Positions 1-12,322 of a stretch of DNA of 64,000 nucleotides are shown piece after piece (positions within the stretch are counted from its first letter, which is position 1; the number at the start of each line of letters is the position of its first letter). The DNA is from Cycas panzhihuaensis. Lineage: Eukaryota; Plantae; Cycadophyta. The notes beneath the pieces are model-generated. The model was not told the origin of the DNA. It saw only the letters and a program-made list of their open reading frames with translations, and ran no database searches. Location of the stretch: positions 161,827,741 to 161,891,740 of the forward strand of contig CM041465.1 in the NCBI GenBank assembly GCA_023213395.1, read 5' to 3'. Both the position numbers and the translations under genes were made by a program.

Positions 1-3000
1 AAAATAACTACGGTGCTATAGGATATACCAAGGATACCCAAAATCCCTTACAACCATACAACTTCTCTCATACTAATAGTGAATCCCTGATATTCTTCCT
101 TTATAGAAGATAGTGCCACTATCTACTACTTCTTTGATTACCATGATATAAATCTATTGCCATTACCAAACACATATATAATAGTGGATTTTTTATCATT
201 AGGATCTTCTCTCGAATCTACATTAGTACAGTCATGTAACTTTATATCTCCAATAAAAAAGGTGCTCTAAACTAAGATTAAGAATCACTTTTAAATATCT
301 CATAATCCACTTAGTTATAGCCCAATGTGGCTCCTATGGATTTTACATACAATAAGAAACTAATCCAATAATATACATAATATTTGGCCTAGTATGAGTC
401 AAATAGATTAGACTCCTTACCAGTTGTTTATACAACATTCCATCTATAGTAGTTTGTTGCATATCCTTTGAGAGTTTTGTGTCTTTTTCATATGGTATTT
501 GAGTAGACTCGCATTCCTCCATCTTAAATTTCTCTAGTAATCTCTTTGTATATTTTGTTTATAATACTAAAATCTTATCTTCCATCTACCTTATCTCAAT
601 GCCTAAGAAATAATATAGAGCCTTGAGATCTATCATGTTAAAAGTTGCTTCCAAATTAGATTTGACTTATATAATAGTCTTATAATAGTTGCCAGTGATC
701 ATTAAATCATTAACATATAACATAATATCTGCTATTAAAATTTATTTTCTTTTAATATACAAATTTAGCTCTAGATCTGAAATAATAAATCCTTCTTCTT
801 TTAATTTAGTATCAATCTTTAAATACTAAGCATATGGTACTTATTTTAGGCTATAAATTGACTTTTAAAATTAGCACACAAGATGCTCTTATCCTTCCTT
901 AACAAAACCAAGAGGTTATACCATGTATATTTCTTCTTTTAACTCTCTATTAAGGAATGTTGATTTTACATCCAATTAGTATAGCTTCCAACCATATTTT
1001 ACTACTAATGAAAGGATGAAATGAAACATTGTCATCTTTGAAACTAGTGTATATGTCTCCTCATAATCGATCCCTTCTTTTTATTTAAATTTTTGCATAA
1101 TAAGTCAAGCCTTATACTTGTCCAGCTCTCTATCAAAGCAAAACTTAGTCTTATAGACCCACTTACAATCAACAAGGTTTTTCTTAAGAGGAAGAGGAAC
1201 TAGCTTCCATGTTATATTTTTTTATAAAAGAACCAAATTCCTCCTCCATAGTAGCTCTCTGACGAGGATCAAATTTTACTTCATCATATGAAGTTGGGTC
1301 TTATGAGTTTGTGATATTTACCATTAAAGTCTAAATGGCATGTTGACTTCTTATTGTTCATCTATTTGTAAAATCTTACAATGTCACACTAAAATCTTAA
1401 ATGATCTTCATGGCCCATAATAGCATAGAAACACCTAGTATCGAATGTGTCTCTACATATGACTACTTTTGATTATTACCTTTCCTACTTAGTCCTTCTT
1501 TAGTCTAAATCATACCATATGATTTGTTGTTCTCTATAATTGATGAAACACCAATAGGAAATGAAAGTAGTAGGGGGTAAAAGGATTCTTCAAACAATGT
1601 CTTCTCAACATGATACATCATAGACTTATCAAATTTTACATCTTGACTAGTAATAAATTTTCTCCCTTATAGATCCCATAGTTTGTAAGATTTGTTTTAA
1701 TCAGAATACCCCATAAATATACACTTCAAACTCTTGTGATGCAATTTTTTATAATTTTTATTTAGGATGTATGCATATGCAGTGCACCCAAAGGTTTTTA
1801 AATGGCAAATGGTAGGTTTATAACTAATCTATTTTTCTAAAGGGTCATGCCACAAACTATTTTTGTGGGTACCTTATTTAGGATATAAATGATAGTCCCA
1901 ATAGCTTCTACCCAAAATTTAGATAACAAGTTCTTCATATGTATCATACTCCTTGCCGCTTTTGTCATGGCATGGTTCTTTTTTTTAGTAATAATGTTTT
2001 GTTGTGGGGTATATAAGACTATAAAGTCTCACTTTATACCATGATTTAGATAGAATTGATTGAAAACATTATAGTCATATTCCTTACTATTATCACTCCT
2101 TAAAATTTGTATCTTCTTTTTACTTTCATTTTTAAGAAGTACCTTCCATTCATGAAAGTGATGAAATACTTTAGACTTATTCTTCAAGAAATATACCTAG
2201 GCCTTCTTGGTATAATCATTTATAAATACTAAAGTATAACTAGCTCTCTATATGGAAGGGTTTGATAGAGGACCCATCACATAAAAATACATGAGCTCTA
2301 GCTTCTCCTTATCTCTCTAAACATAATCCATAATAAAAAGATAATGATGATTCTTGCCATATATACATCCTTTCTATACACCTTAATAAGAAAAATAAGG
2401 CATTATTTCTACTATTTTTAATTAATTCATAATTGTTATAATTTTCTAATTAAGGTCTCTAAGTCATTCATGCCTAAGCTTCCTCACATCATTAGCATTG
2501 ACTATAAATATATAGGAACAATTTTTGGATTAAAATTTCTTAAACACTCAAAATCATCCCTTACTTTTCTAGTAACAATTATAAAGAAATTTTTCTTAGG
2601 ATCCTTAATAAGGCATCTATCTTTATAGAGCTCAAACTTCATACCTTGTTTATAGATCTCTTGGGTTGATAAAAGGTTCATCTTCATCTTAGATATATAA
2701 CACACACCCTTAAATTTTCCTCCTACAAGTGAAATAGTGCCAACACCTTCAATAAGAAATAAGCTTACAGTTTTACCTTCTAGCTTCACCACTAGCATTC
2801 CATGCATCAAAGTTCTACTTCTGTTAAGAAATATGTTTCTACATTCTTGAGTCCAAAATCTAGTAGTCTCTCTCATTTGACTTTGTTGACAAGACTAATA
2901 CTTTTACATAGTAGGTTATAACACCTTTTTCTTTGTTATTCTTACTTACTTTATGTTTGTCCTATCTTTTAAGCTAATAATTCTTTTTTTTGTTGTCATC

Positions 3001-3726
3001 CTTCTTACAGTAATTATAATTTCTAATAAACTTCTTCTTATCCTAAGAAAATTCTCCTAATTTTTATGTGGAATTTGCTTCCTAAACATCATCTCTCATT
3101 CACATCTTTATGACCAAGGCTTAATTTGATTCAAAACCATCAAGTAAACCATGGTGCTTCAACTTAGCATCTTCAACTAGAATGAGACCCTTTAACTTTT
3201 CGAGTGGCTCACCCTCCATTACTTCATCCCTTACATAAATAATCTAGAAGGTTCTAAATGTAGTTGGTAGTTTTATTGTAACTAATGTAAATAATAGTGA
3301 ATCATCAATTGAGTCTAATTTAATATCTTCTAATTTATTCTTCAAATCAGTTATTTTATTCAGGTAGGCACTTATGTTACTTTCATCTTCTACTATTATA
3401 TTAAGGAGTTCCGGCATGAAAGCAACTCAATGATTTATCTTTTTCTTTTTAAATGTCTCACTTAACTTTCTCTAGATTTCATTTGGCTTATCGAGGTTAT
3501 GGACTATAACTCTTTGATCATGTGCTAGAGACAAATTTAATACCCTAACAACCATGAATTACTTCTCCTCTTAATGAGTTTGCTCCTTCACATCCAATGG
3601 AAAAATAAATAGCGTATCTCTAGTGATTCCTTAAAGTTAATTAACCATTAAAACTATTTCCATATGAACCTTCCATTTACTAAAATTATTCTTATTAAAA
3701 GTAACTTGAGGCATTATCCTCTCCAT
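1..3726 (-). pseudogene. gag-pol of Copia A, many stops and frameshifts
   Basis: ORF fragment 2502..2876 covers the protease/GAG-pre-integrase region (NLLS..IY..G..F....C.IKD). Integrase, RT and RNase H motifs were read manually. Confidence 0.85.
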
Positions 3727-5300
3727 TTCAAAATTTGGGTTGATAAATGAGTCGTTCTCACCAAACTTTTTAACCTTTTATCAAATAGACAATAACTAAT
3801 ACACTACTTACTCTTCATTTTCTAGCAAATTTATTAAAAAATATGATATTTAATGGTTTTAATGATTGATTTTTTATACCATTAATATCACACTAACTTT
3901 TATGTTCCAATATTTTATATCCTTCTTAATGGACCATCAAGATATACTCCAAACTGGAAGAATACTTTAAATAATAAAGAAAACTGGTAGTATGGGTCTC
4001 AACATGACAAGCTTAAGTCATCAAAAATTCACATGAAATTTTTTTTGCTTGAAGTGAGTTAAGAATAATCCATAAATATGTGCAATATATCATTCACTCC
4101 AAGTATCTTTAATATATATAAAAAATAAGTGGAGAATGAATAAGAGATATTTAATAATAAGCAGTTGCCTCCTTTTTATCTATGTGGCTTAATTAACCAT
4201 TATGACTTTTGTTTAGTCAACAAATATGCATTTAGGATATTAATGTTTTAACATTAATATTTTTATTAATGTTTATTTTACATTGTGATTTTGGTGACGA
4301 GATGTCTTCATGGTTATTTCGACAAATGACTTCATCTTCCATAAATAATATATCCTTCAATGAAAACTCTATGAGCTTTAATCTCTCAAATAGGCCTAAT
4401 ATAGCTACAAAACATTATGCATACATTTTAAATCTCATCAATATATAGCATTACATCATCTTACTAATTATTGGGCACTTTGGATGATTATCTATTAATA
4501 AATAACTAGGCCAACTTCTTCTTCAAACATCAAAATAATTTCACAGATTTAATTTATGTCCAACAAGCTAAAAGACATTTTCAAGGGATCCTTACCATGG
4601 CCATAGTTCATTATTGATATCTAAATGCTAAAACTTCTATATAGTTATGTCATATGACTTTCAAATGATGCCCAGTATACTCTAGTCACACCCAACAGAA
4701 TTCAACATTGTTAAATCACAATCAATCTTCAGTCTAATAGGTATAGGGAGCCCCCAATATGCCTAACCAATTCTAGATGGCTTTGTCTCAAGTCCAAAAT
4801 AGTCTCAAGTGTATCTAACATTGATTTTAGATATTGAATATTAAAGAAATTAGTATTGATATATGATATTAGTCTTCTCATTCACCATTGCACCACTCTA
4901 TCACTCTTTTAGTTGTTGAAGAAGATGAAAGTCATTATAATATAGCTCTACCTATGTTACCAGGTAGCCTATAATCTTATCACATCCACCCAACCATAGC
5001 TTTAGTTGTGTACACTATTTGGATTTAATACCATATGAAGAAACATGAAAACATGCATGTATTATGAGTTATAGGATCTTGATCATACACAGTAAGTAAC
5101 AATAAGAACATAAATATATAAGATACAAGATTTATATGGAAAAACCCTTTTACGAGAAAACCCACCATAAATGATTGTAGGATATCATTAATGATTCTTG
5201 GATGAAACTACAATGGTTTCTAGGATTATTTATGGTCCTTGAACTGGTATATCTAACCTGAATGGTTGTGACCCTCCAAAATAATCATACCCTTTAATTT
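1..5300 (-). mobile_element. Copia element A, degenerate; 3' end lies outside the window; outer edge of the 5' LTR not resolved
   Basis: Minus-strand order is gag (ATG 3726, MERIMPQVTFNKNNFSKWKVHME), protease, integrase (~1600-2350), RT (~300-1280), RNase H (~100-240, ISW*SKK and DxxDKKST motifs). A PBS-Met-like gatttaatacca lies at 5022-5033, followed by LTR-like sequence from ~5036. Confidence 0.8.
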
Positions 5301-5873
5301 AATACTAACTAAACCATATTTATTATTAAACAAGTGGCTTAGTCTTCTAACTACCACACTAGTAATAAGTATTTTGTTTAAAGTTTACTAAGATCAGACC
5401 TATCTATAAGAGAATTTATCTTATGCACTTCTAATTATCTTTGCATCCCTATTAGAGGGGTTTGTTCCATTTACATATGTATGTTTAGGGTCTCCTTCTA
5501 TCTACTATATGCAACTATCATAAATTATTTGCACATTAGTTATATATGCCTTCTATAGTTATGTACATTTATGCCCAACTTGGCACCTCATCTAGAATCC
5601 CATCTATATTTGACCATCATTTGGACCCCACTGGCTAGCTTACTCATTTAGGTAAGCTTCATTCCTTACATGGTGTTCATTTAATCTATCCATTGTGATC
5701 TTCTACTATAGATATCTCTACTCAGTTTATATCGATAGTCTATATCTAAGAATCTTATCATCAGAGTTGGAAATAGTCTGTAGAGGTCATGTTATCTGTG
5801 GTACTTCATCATTATCTAGAAAAATTATTTCTATGCTCTATGTTCTCTTAAATATTTTTTTTATTTTCTTTTG

Positions 5874-6202
5874 TAAAGGTTTGTAAAATGGAGATAGAGT
5901 GAAGCATATATCAAATAATTAAGCCATTGTATTACATGAGAATAAACAAAGTATTATAGTCAATCTATTATTGAAAGTATATACAATTTTCCAAAAGAAG
6001 GTGATGTCAAAAGACACTAGAGTTTCTCACCTCAGTAAAGATATAGTTTAAGGGAGGAGGGAAACCTCCTCAACCTCTAAAATTTAAAATATAATAAATA
6101 ATGCTTAACTAAAGTATCTTTAACCTTACCTTACTTACCTTCACATGTGTGTACTTACATGTGTAAATGGTGGGAGTGGGGTGACGATTATTAACCCTAA
6201 CA
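5874..6202 (-). repeat. 3' LTR of element B
   Basis: Aligns end to end with 9714-10043; the terminal TG has decayed to TA. Confidence 0.93.
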
Positions 6203-6344
6203 TTCTCCTCCTTAATAGTCATCACGAACATCTTCATTTTTCCTTGAATTTGTGGTACTTGAACTTGAAAAAAACTTTGAATGTTTGTGCTTTAGCTTTA
6301 TCATCATCAACTCACCTCATCCTTTCAGTAATAGTAATGTGTGT

Positions 6345-6929
6345 CTATTTAACCTTAGATGGTTGAAAAAATCTCCAAGTAAATGTAGCTTGATTTAAAT
6401 GAGGATGAATGGTTGCAACTCTAACTTTATCTTTTGGAACATTGAATTTATCTTCTGAAATCTTTGTTTTGTGAGTAGCTATCATATCATAAGGTTTTTC
6501 CTCCTCAAATGAAGGATCATCTTCATGTGGAACAAGGGGATTATTCATTTGACTTGAGTCTTCTTCCTTAGTCTTTTCATCACAAACAACCTGCTCAGAC
6601 GTCTATCTCACATGCTCAACAATATCAAAGTTAAATTTATTTATATTGTGGGTTTTCCCCCCATAAATAAAATCTAAGGTGTTCCATACATATTTGAATG
6701 TTATCATTTCATAAACATTAGAAAAAACATTGTCATCTATGGTGTAAAATAATATAGATAAGGCTTCATTGTCCCTTTATATATCTTCTTTAGTATTAAG
6801 TTCATATCCATCTTGTAGATATCTCTAAAGATTATTTGTGATAAAGTAAGTTTGCATTGTTTTACACCATTATGAAAAATCATAGCCATCAAGTATAGGG
6901 AATCATATTTGATTTAAATTCATTGCCAT
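6345..6929 (-). pseudogene. Truncated Copia gag (N-terminal domain plus acidic tail), 195 codons with in-frame stops
   Basis: Reads MAMNLNQI*FPILDGYDFS*WCKTMQTYFITNNL*RYLQDGY...RDNEALSILFYTIDDNVF...VWNTL and is in frame with ORF 6345..6548. Confidence 0.8.
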
Positions 6930-7164
6930 TTTATAGGAAACTTTAGTACATAATTGAAGAAAATATGATTTTCAAGTAGACAAATCCTTAAATGATTTTA
7001 ATACTAATACAAGTAGATGATAAAGATATTCTAAAGAATGTAAGCTAATGTCAGTAAGTGATCAATAATATGGTCTTACCAATAACTTCTAAGAAAAACG
7101 ATATAATGTCTTTAAAAATGAAATGTTCCTTTAAAATAAAGTGCATTATATGCAACCTTAAGTG

Positions 7165-7325
7165 CAACAAGTGTATAAACTTTTCAACAATGATGAATGA
7201 AGAATGCTTTCAATAAGTGTATAAACTTTTCAACAATGATGAATCAAGAATGCTTTCAATAAGTGTATGAACTTTTCAGCAATGATGAATGAAGAATGCT
7301 TTCAATAAGTGTATGAACTTTTCAA
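7165..7325. repeat. 46-bp tandem repeat, ~3.5 copies, in the leader of element B
   Basis: Unit caataagtgtataaacttttcaacaatgatgaatgaagaatgcttt starts at 7165, 7211, 7257 and (partial) 7303. Confidence 0.95.
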
Positions 7326-9713
7326 GTGTATGCCTTTAAAAGAAATCAAAAACTTAATAAATTAATGAACTTACAATGTATAATTTCAAATACACTTTAA
7401 AATAGAATGATTATATAAGTAAACTTGCAAAGTAACTAAGATCTTTAAATATATAGATCTGAAATAACAATTCTTGATGATGAAGAAATAAAAAATTCCA
7501 AGCTTTTAATTTTTCAAACAAATAAACACTAACTTGAGCAAAAATATGAATAAATTTTTTAATGTAAGATGAATAATTATTTCTTTTGACTATAATGAGA
7601 ATGTATGAGGTAGAAATTCTAAAATATATATTTTTTTTTCTTTAGAAAGATGAAAAAAATATGAAGAAGAAACTTCTAGCATAGAGAATTATACCTATTT
7701 TAAGATGTAGGACAACTTAGCTTGTCACTTGCTTTAGATGTATGTGATTAATTTTCTACTACAAATCAACTTAAAAGAAACTATATAAAAGCCAAATAAA
7801 AGCTTCAAACATGTATCATAAGTAATCAGTAAGATAAATAAAACTTAGTAGTAAGAAAGAACTCCTGAAAAGGTTAAGAGGACAAGCTTATTGGGATAAA
7901 TCAAATGCTTAAATTGATCAGCTTTAAATCTCTACTAAACAATATCAGATTAAGATGAAATTATATCAGTTTGAAGATCAATAAAATATATATTCAACAG
8001 ATTTAACCGTTTTGAAAATGAGTTCATGCAAGTCAAGATTTTAATACATAAATGATATAACCCTTTTTGGGGGCTTAACAAGAGCCAAAGGCTCAAAAGG
8101 TCATGAAATACTAGTGAAAACTTATAAAACAATGTAAAATGATCAAATATAATTTAAGAGCTACTTAGTATGCTTTGAGTTAAAAAACTTAAGAAATAGT
8201 ATATAAAAATATGCAATAATGACAAAGTATGAGCTTTTATATACCTCAACTTTGTCTGCTTTGAAAGTCTATAAGAAAATTTCAAATCTTATAAATAAAT
8301 ATATCAGTTCAAAGAGAAATGAGTCAACTTTCCAACGAAACTGACAGATCTAAAATCTAATATTAAACAGAAATGTTATATCGAAAATAGTGGAAGGTAC
8401 TTTTTATGGTAATGACTTTAAAAAACTTTGAAAAAAATAATTGACTTTAACTCATTAAAATCAGGTTAGATCAGCTCCAAAGGTAGCAAATAGCTAGTCG
8501 AAACTATAGCCCACAAAATTATGGATGCAACGGGATACGTTCCATTAGAAAATGATGCCTTAGTGAAAAAAATTTGATTAAAAAAAAAAAAAAGCTAAGT
8601 ACCCTATGAATTAAGAAAAATAAAATAAATAAAAAGGTAAATGTTTTATAAAAGTTGAGTTAGCCCCTTTTAAACAATGCTAAAGGTCACCTTAAGGGGA
8701 TGGGACTGGGGGGTTAGCACTCAAGGGGCTAGTTGCTTATCAAATAGAATTCAAAATTTATAGAAAAATAAATAAATTTCTTTAAAAACTTTGTTGATAT
8801 ATAAAAGCAATGTATTAAAATTGATTAAGAGAATAGTGAACGTTGCATGACCCACGCGACCTACATTATAAGGATGAAGGTGACGCAGAGTGTGTAAGCT
8901 AGATCGAATCAATTGAGTATCGACACGGACAGAGACGTAGGTGGAGGCACTATGGGTTGACATACAGATTGAGCTAAAAAACAAGCAAAACACATTTTAG
9001 AGACACTGTGTAGTGTATAAGAAAAAAGGAGGAATGACTGCTAAATAAAGGGTACAACAACAAATTGGAGATAAAACTACTTATATAAGCTCTAGATCTG
9101 AGCTAGAGGAATTCTACTGAGGGTGCCCAAGCAGAGAGACTCTGATAGTGTAAAAAAATTTTAAAAAATTTTGAAAAAACTATAAAAAATATAGCAAAAA
9201 TGATGAAAACCTAAGAAATTGGAGTCGAGGCTGGATCTCACCAATGAAGAAATAGTTTGCCATAAAATTTTAGAGGAGGCTAGATTCTAAGATGACTAGT
9301 TGCTGGTAAACGTTTGTGGCAAATTAAGCTTTCTATAGGAAAAATGAAGTAGAAGAGTAAAAAATGCCCAAAATAGGGAAATGAGGTTCAACAAGTGATA
9401 TCTCTCAAAATAGACAATCAAATTATGAATGGTCTTTACCACAAGCTAGAAACTTTTGTGCTGGTCATAACAAATGGTCATATAGAAAGGTTTTATTTGA
9501 AGATGGAAAAGCTAGAATCAATTAAACATGAGGTGGTCATGGGTAAAAACATACAAAGAATATAAACATAAAAATTAATAATAAATGTCAATTTATAAAG
9601 TTTAAACTTTAGTATATCAAAATATTACTATATATACCAATATTCGATGGAAAATAAGCTGTGAATTCACTAAATTTACACACCAACTGCCAACCATAAG
9701 CTTTGATACCAAA

Positions 9714-10043
9714 TGAAGGTTTGTAAAATGGAGACAGAGATGAGCATATATCAAATAATCAAGCCATTGTATTGCATGAGCATAAACAAAGTATTATAGG
9801 CAATCTATTGTTAAGAGCATATATAACTTTCTAATAGAAGGTGATGTCAAAAGACACCAAGGTTTGTCACCCCAGTAAATATATAGTTTAAGGGAGGAGG
9901 GAAACCTCCTCAACCTCCAAAATTTAAAATATAATAAAATAATGCTTAACTAAAGTAACTTTAACTTTACCTTACTTACTTGCACATATGTGCACTCATA
10001 TATGTAAATGGTGGTAGTGGGGTGATGATCATTAACCCCAACA
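9714..10043 (-). repeat. 5' LTR of element B
   Basis: TG...CA termini; adjacent to the PBS. Confidence 0.93.
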
Positions 10044-11378
10044 TTTTGGATGTTTAGATGAGGACCTTTTTTTTTTTTGGTTGACCGGTTGCCTATATTA
10101 GGCATTTCATCACTCCTAATTACAAATTATATGGTTGTGTGAAAGTGACATCTTGAAGCAAGTTCTTCTATCATTTGTGAAGCTGGCTAGCACCTAAGCA
10201 ATATAAAAAGCCATATACCTAAGACATAGGATGTATACCAAGACAACATGCATTTGATATTTGCCTCTACTATGATTGGGGGATGTATCCTTATGTTTAT
10301 TTGGTAGGATTGGTCTGCATTGATTATACTATATAGTTTGGCATTTTTTTTTCCATGCTATTTGATGTTATATATATGGTTTGATAGGCTCTTGATTTGT
10401 CCAATTATGTCTACATTTATCTTGAGCATCCTTTAGTGACTAGTGCATCTGAAATTTAACATATTCAGTCATAAGCAAGTGTATTCTTAACATAGTTCCA
10501 TATGTATTGATTTCCATTGGTTAACATGACTATTGTTGTGTTTTGATTATATGTTTCTCTAGCATAGACATTTGCATATTTTAAAAATTATTATTTACAT
10601 AAAGAGAAAGTCCATAACACTAGTCTATTAGAAAATAACTTGTAATGCACATTTGTCGGCTTACAAGGTTCATATATTTATAATATCATTAGTGGTTGGT
10701 TTATATTATACTCATGGATTTATGAGTATTTAAACTTTATACTTTGTATTTTTGATTATTGAAGAGGAGGTATCTCACGATACCATTTCAATCCTAGAGT
10801 TTTCATTTGAATTGCAGATCTAACATGGTATGAGAGTAAGGTCTGAAGTGGTTGTTCTTCCGCAGTATCGCATTCAAAATATGATCAAAGAAGGTATTTG
10901 AACGTCGAGGTTGAATTCTACCAAATCTTTACGCATCCCAACTTCTGCCCCTTTAAGGTACCTTATTCTCATATCTTTGCTTAATTTCAATTTAGTATGT
11001 CTATGAGATTATCTAAAGTATATCTATCATGCCTTTGATATTGAGTCACTATTTTCTCTCTAATCTATTTGTAATAATATTATTTCACATCTGTACATCC
11101 TCTACTTTACTTATTATTTGTCACTGTATTTTGGATCATGATTTTTTTAGTATCAGAGAGAAACCTTTCTTGGTAATACTTTGCTTATTGATTTTCTGCT
11201 TCTATCAGTCGTCTAGTTAGAATTCTACTTCTGTTGAATGTTGTGTACGCCTTGAAGCTTGCATCTCCATAACCCTATCCGATCATGTTTCTTTACACCA
11301 AACCAGAAAAGCAAAACTAGCTTAAACATAAACTCATATTTCTATAGAAGACTCCAGAATCATCACCGGTGCTTAAAT

Positions 11379-11531
11379 TCAACCAGATATATTGATAAGT
11401 TTATCTTGAGGCTTTGGCTAGGAAATCTTTGGCACCGTTATAGTCAACACACCATTATCCATCGCAATCTTCTCCTCGTCTGGCTTGGTACCCTCATGGA
11501 GTCGAAAGCATCGCACAAACTACCTTTCCAC
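11379..11531 (-). pseudogene. Captured C-terminal fragment of a cytosolic class I small heat-shock protein (HSP20/alpha-crystallin) gene, antisense to Copia C
   Basis: Manual translation gives [48 protein letters not shown], matching the sHSP consensus F.RRFRLP....EVKA.MENGVLTVTVPK......IxISG. Both internal stops are TAG, consistent with CAG>TAG. Confidence 0.9.
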
Positions 11532-11869
11532 ACATTATTGTCTATCTCATGCATCGCCCAAACTATAGTTATCATCTTCGTATGTCTACGATAGATGCGA
11601 GTTTACACAACCTTCACAGTAGTCATCACGTAATTATCAGGCACATAATTATCAACCATCGACTATAGATATTCTTTTGTATGTGTATGCTAATCATAGG
11701 TCTTCACAACCACAGTCACGTATTTATTCAGCCACTAATTTATTGATATTTCAGGTTTAATAAATGTTGATTAATATTCATTCCTAATTATGTTCTGTAT
11801 AACATTACTAAAGTCCACCAATTTAGTTTGCAAGCGCCTTTTAATAATCATTCTCTCACACTGTTATAT

Positions 11870-12016
11870 CATTCTTACTATTGTTCTTGTGGGTTGACAT
11901 TGAACCATTATAGCCGCCTTTATTATTTTTGAAGACTGCCTTCATTCTTACTGATGTTCTTGTGGGTTGATGTTGAACCATTATAAGCTGCCTTTATTGT
12001 TTTTGAAAACTACCTT
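11870..12016. repeat. ~73-bp tandem duplication in the leader of Copia C
   Basis: cattcttact..tgttcttgtgggttga..ttgaaccattata... starts at 11870 and again at 11943. Confidence 0.9.
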
Positions 12017-12322
12017 GACCTTTATAAGTTTAAGCCTACCTTGATTCTTATAAGTTTAATAAATTGTTTAAGTCTATTTTTTGTCTACTTTTTACATTAT
12101 GAGATATTCATTCACCACGTGTTATCTTATTTAGTCCTTCTTCAATCAATTCATTTTGAATTTAATTTTTTTTTGTTCAATCTTGATACAGATTATTGTT
12201 GCCTCTTATTCACTGTTTGGTTTATCCTTTAACTTCATAACCTTAGACAAATTTTGGTATCAAATTTTAATTTTCTTACATTTTCGGAGTCCTTTATAAG
12301 TTACCTTAGGGGCCTAAGAAGC

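Larger units (their letters stand above)
5874..10043 (-). mobile_element. Element B: non-autonomous Copia-derived LTR element carrying only a partial gag (TR-GAG/LARD-like), 4170 bp
   Basis: LTRs 5874-6202 and 9714-10043. TSD TTTTG at 5869-5873 and 10044-10048. PBS-Met gctttgatacca at 9700-9711. PPT ttctcctcctt at 6203-6213. No integrase or RT seen. Confidence 0.92.

Noticed and set aside
7165-7325. CRISPR-like array
   Set aside because: The units are contiguous with no unique spacers, there are no cas genes, and the context is a eukaryotic retroelement.
11259-11594. 111-aa plus-strand ORF as a novel leader protein
   Set aside because: It is the antisense shadow of the sHSP fragment on the minus strand, starts at TTG and has no recognisable motif.
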